NCBI GenBank assembly: GCA_038064355.1
Contig: JBBTTG010000037.1
Span: forward strand, 1-38,379
Length of the DNA: 38,379 nucleotides
Direction: 5' to 3'
Source of the DNA: Patescibacteria group bacterium
Lineage (GTDB): Bacteria; Patescibacteriota; Patescibacteriia; GWA2-47-26
Positions 35,608 through 38,379 of the stretch are shown here, piece after piece (positions within the stretch are counted from its first letter, which is position 1; each line of letters begins with the position of its first letter). The translations under genes and the position numbers were made by a program. The notes below the pieces were generated by a model. That model saw nothing but the letters and a program-made list of their open reading frames with translations. It was not told the origin of the DNA and searched no databases.

Positions 35608-35636
35608 AGTATATCCGAAGAAGTCGCCCCTGTCAA
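35608..35636 (-). promoter_or_regulatory. Sigma70 promoter of typA
   Basis: TTGACA-17 bp-TATACT. Confidence 0.75.
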
Positions 35637-35737
35637 TGGGTCGCATCGATCTTGATACAGTGTGTCGCATCGGCGCGTACCTACATCAATATCACTCTCA
35701 TTGCGGAAAACCCAATCCCCTGGCACTATGGGAGAAT

Positions 35738-36529
35738 ATGCCGCAAGAAAACAAAGACGCAACCACCTCCTGGGGCGAGGTGGCGCAGTGGTATGACGAG
35801 CTGGTCACCAAAGGCGAGGGAACCTATCAAAGCGAGCTCATTCTTCCTAAACTCCGAAAACTGCTTGCCCTCAAAAAGGATGAAAAAGTACTTGATCTTG
35901 GCTGCGGTCAGGGTTTTTTCAGTTTCGCAATGTGGCGTGAGGGCGCCTTGGTTCTCGGAGCGGATATCTCAAAAGAGCTTATTGAAATCGCAAAAAAACG
36001 CATCCTAAAGGAAGTAACTGATTACAGCCTGCAATTCAAAACGGCACCGGCGCATCAGTTGCCTTTTATACAGAATGGCGCCATGGATACCGTCGTGTGC
36101 GTACTCGCCTTGCAAAATATGCGGGATATGCCCGGAGTCCTGCGCGAATGCTCCCGAGTGTTGAAATACGGCGGGCGACTTTGTCTTGTCTTGAGCCATC
36201 CGGCGTTTCGAGTGCCGAAAGCCAGCGATTGGGGTTGGGATGAAAAACAAAAAATTGAATATCGGCGCGTGGAAAAATACATGAGCGCTTTTACCGCGCC
36301 GATACGGATGCACCCGGGGCAATCACAGGAAGTGGAGACGGTGACGTTTCATTGGCCGCTCACGGAACTGTTTGATGCCTTTCTGAAAGTCGGATTTTTG
36401 ACAAAAAAACTTGACGAGTGGACATCTCATCGCCGAGTGAAAGTCGGACCGCGCGCCAAAGCACTCGACGCGGCCAAGCGCGAGATACCACTCTTTCTTT
36501 ATATTGAGGCATTGAAACTGAAGCCGTGA
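35738..36529 (+). CDS. Class I SAM-dependent methyltransferase
   Basis: VLDLGCGQG, GADIS, RVLKYGG, HPAFR, EIPLFL; GGAG before ATG 35738. Confidence 0.9.
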   Translation: MPQENKDATTSWGEVAQWYDELVTKGEGTYQSELILPKLRKLLALKKDEKVLDLGCGQGFFSFAMWREGALVLGADISKELIEIAKKRILKEVTDYSLQFKTAPAHQLPFIQNGAMDTVVCVLALQNMRDMPGVLRECSRVLKYGGRLCLVLSHPAFRVPKASDWGWDEKQKIEYRRVEKYMSAFTAPIRMHPGQSQEVETVTFHWPLTELFDAFLKVGFLTKKLDEWTSHRRVKVGPRAKALDAAKREIPLFLYIEALKLKP

Positions 36530-36540
36530 TCAGTAAACTC

Positions 36541-36705
36541 CTATTTTCCAAAAGCCGCTTTGAGATCCTGGCGCGCTTTTTCGAGGGCCGCCTTGAAATC
36601 GGCATGAGCTTTATCAAAGGCGGATTTTCTCGCGGAAACGATCCCATCCGCGGATTTTCGCAGGGTGTCAATCGCCTTGCGATCCGCGTTGAGCTTCTCG
36701 CACGC
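36541..36705 (-). pseudogene. Apparent 3' remnant of an Ala/Lys-rich coiled-coil protein gene
   Basis: The last ~53 codons are protein-like (EKLNADRKAIDTLRK...FKAALEKARQDLKAAFGK), but the upstream part of the ORF is not and has no credible start. Confidence 0.5.
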
Positions 36706-36803
36706 ATTGCAAAAAAAGTGCTGGGTTCCCTTTGACCGCCATGGCAAGGAGTGTTTTAATTTTCTCCTTCGCCATAAAATCCCGCCCGCGCTATTCCGAT
36801 ATA

Positions 36804-37232
36804 TTAATTCCGCAGCCAACGCCCAACTCCCCAAATGCGTCCGGCGCGAAAAATCAACAGGAGGAACAGCGATATTGAATAGATTATATGCTCATCCACG
36901 AGAAGTGCGTGTGCATTGGGATACGGAAACCCGAGCGGCAAATAATACAGTAGCATTAAGATGATGCCTAGAATGCACGACCATCGCATAGCAACACCCA
37001 AAATCAGTGAAACTCCGAGCAGAGTGAGCCCCCAAGCATTCAGGAAATTCACCACTGGCAGGATACCCGGGGTAGTAAGCCAGTGAAAGAACCCTGTCAT
37101 GAATTTCGCGCCCGTGAGATACCCGGCCGCCGACCAAGCAGGGTTAAGCACCTTTGTAATACCCGCATAGAACATAAGCCAGCCCAACGACAAGCGCAGG
37201 AGAAAAAGAGAAATTTTTTGCCATCGTGTCAT
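36804..37232 (-). CDS. DoxX-family membrane protein
   Basis: LLRLSLGWLMFYAGITK..P.WSAAGYL, GVSLILG, VDEHIIY, AGRIWG. Confidence 0.88.
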   Translation of the reverse strand: MTRWQKISLFLLRLSLGWLMFYAGITKVLNPAWSAAGYLTGAKFMTGFFHWLTTPGILPVVNFLNAWGLTLLGVSLILGVAMRWSCILGIILMLLYYLPLGFPYPNAHALLVDEHIIYSISLFLLLIFRAGRIWGVGRWLRN

Positions 37233-37516
37233 AAGAATATACTATGTATTATGAAACTGTATCAACAGAGGTCGTTCCTCATCCCTCCCTTCGCGAAGAG
37301 AGGGATCAATGGAGCCCGAGGTGCGACCGCTGGGAAGCGAGCAGGCTTGCCTCGCCAACGGCGGTGGATTGCCGCACCCTCGATGACTCGGGCTCGCAAG
37401 GACACTCATGGATGTATTTTTCTACCGTCTCATTATACAATAGTTCGCATGGGTGGAAAACAAGCCCTGTGGACAAAAATGCTCCCGATTTCAGTCGAAA
37501 GCATGTCACACAACTG

Positions 37517-38080
37517 CTATTCAGTACCGATCGTCACCATCACTTGTCCTTCATTTTGAGTAATCGCAACCGTGACTGCCCGCTCGCCCTTCTCGGCCAT
37601 GATACCCGTCGTCGTCCCCATGGTCACAATGTCCCCCTTGAGCGTCCACCCCCGCGACGGCAATTCAGAACGATAATAGGCGGCGACATCGCTCATGCTT
37701 TTTGTCGTGGTTAATACCACCCCACTCGACTTTGACCCGACTTCCAAGTTAGCTCCGGAATAGAGAATCGTCGCGCCGGGGTAGATCGGCACATCCGTCG
37801 ACCAGCTCGCAGGCAAAGATCCCATGGTCGACGCCTCTCCCGTATCGGTCTTCACCGTCACTTTTCCCTGACTATCGAGGTTTACCTTGGCACTTCCGCC
37901 AAATTCCTTCTCAAGCACCCGCTCTGCATACTGTTCGGTCGCCTTTCTGCCAAAAAATCCATAAGCGCCGCCAAATATCCACTTCACGAGCGCACCAAGA
38001 ACAAGAACCGCGATCACCCCTATGATGATAAACTTTTTTGGGCTACTCCTCGATGAGGATCCCGATATTTGACCATCCAT
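37517..38080 (-). CDS. Hypothetical membrane-anchored protein
   Basis: N-terminal TM helix, LPASW..DVPIYPGA..., VAAYY...L...GW motif. Confidence 0.8.
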   Translation of the reverse strand: MDGQISGSSSRSSPKKFIIIGVIAVLVLGALVKWIFGGAYGFFGRKATEQYAERVLEKEFGGSAKVNLDSQGKVTVKTDTGEASTMGSLPASWSTDVPIYPGATILYSGANLEVGSKSSGVVLTTTKSMSDVAAYYRSELPSRGWTLKGDIVTMGTTTGIMAEKGERAVTVAITQNEGQVMVTIGTE

Positions 38081-38163
38081 AAAAATGAAAGTACCAAAAT
38101 TAATCCCGTATTTTATACCACCCCATGTCCCTTACCCCCAATACCCAAGACATTCCAAAGCCC

Positions 38164-38192
38164 TTGATAATTTTGTGCCCGATTGGTATACT
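38164..38192 (+). promoter_or_regulatory. Sigma70 promoter of tRNA-Asn
   Basis: TTGATA-17 bp-TATACT with a TG extended -10. Confidence 0.65.
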
Positions 38193-38231
38193 GCTTTTGC
38201 ATTTTACTCTATCAAAATTTTGCCTCAGAGC

Positions 38232-38303
38232 TCCGGGGTGGCGCAGCGGTAGCGCAGTGGACTGTTAATCCATTGGTCGTGGGTTCGAATCCCACCCCCG
38301 GAG
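38232..38303 (+). tRNA. tRNA-Asn (GTT), CCA not encoded
   Basis: Acceptor stem TCCGGGG/CCCCGGA plus discriminator G, D-arm GCGC/GCGC, anticodon loop CTGTTAA, T-loop GTTCGAATC. Confidence 0.97.
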
Positions 38304-38326
38304 CTTTGAAGGCAAAACATACTCTA

Positions 38327-38379
38327 TAGGACTTACGCGCTTCCGCCCGGGAGTCCTGTAATTGTGGAACTTACCATGG
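38327..38379 (+). mobile_element. MITE copy 3 (truncated by the window end)
   Basis: 53 bp identical to the start of copy 2 (TAGGACTTACGCGCTTCCGCCCGGGAGTCC...). Confidence 0.9.

Noticed and set aside
37244-37714. 156-aa plus-strand ORF and the overlapping 37083-37559 ORF
   Set aside because: Overlap real genes in antisense, cross the hairpin region and have non-protein-like composition.
38232-38379. Prophage or genomic island integrated at tRNA-Asn
   Set aside because: No integrase and no duplicated tRNA 3' end in the window; only the MITE follows. Sequence beyond the window cannot be assessed.

Overview
Bacterial chromosomal window with about 34 protein genes and one tRNA-Asn(GUU). The compact gene set, truncated UvrC/UvrA forms and surface-protein types suggest a Patescibacteria/CPR genome, which is an inference. 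Recognisable housekeeping genes: folA (partial), thyA, folD, pdaD, dnaB, recR, rplU, type II glutamine synthetase, wecA/tagO-like transferase, tgt, mraZ-rsmH-ftsL, uvrBAC, xseAB, uppP and typA. No CRISPR array, transposase, integrase or prophage genes were seen. Five things stand out. (1) Three near-identical copies of a 177-bp non-autonomous element (MITE) with 16-bp TIRs; the two complete copies each have their own 5-bp target-site duplication. (2) Several unrelated palindromic and heptamer repeat families sit in frame inside conserved genes (uvrC, uvrB twice, uppP, tgt, uvrA, rsmH, O-antigen ligase), reminiscent of Rickettsia palindromic elements. (3) A membrane-anchored Clp/Hsp100 ATPase with an N-terminal Zn-finger, a degenerate first AAA+ module, no aromatic pore loops and no IGF loop. 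(4) An HRDC-XseA fusion. (5) A large secreted protein with an internal pilin/GspG-like head domain. All calls come from reading motifs by eye; no database searches or folding programs were run.
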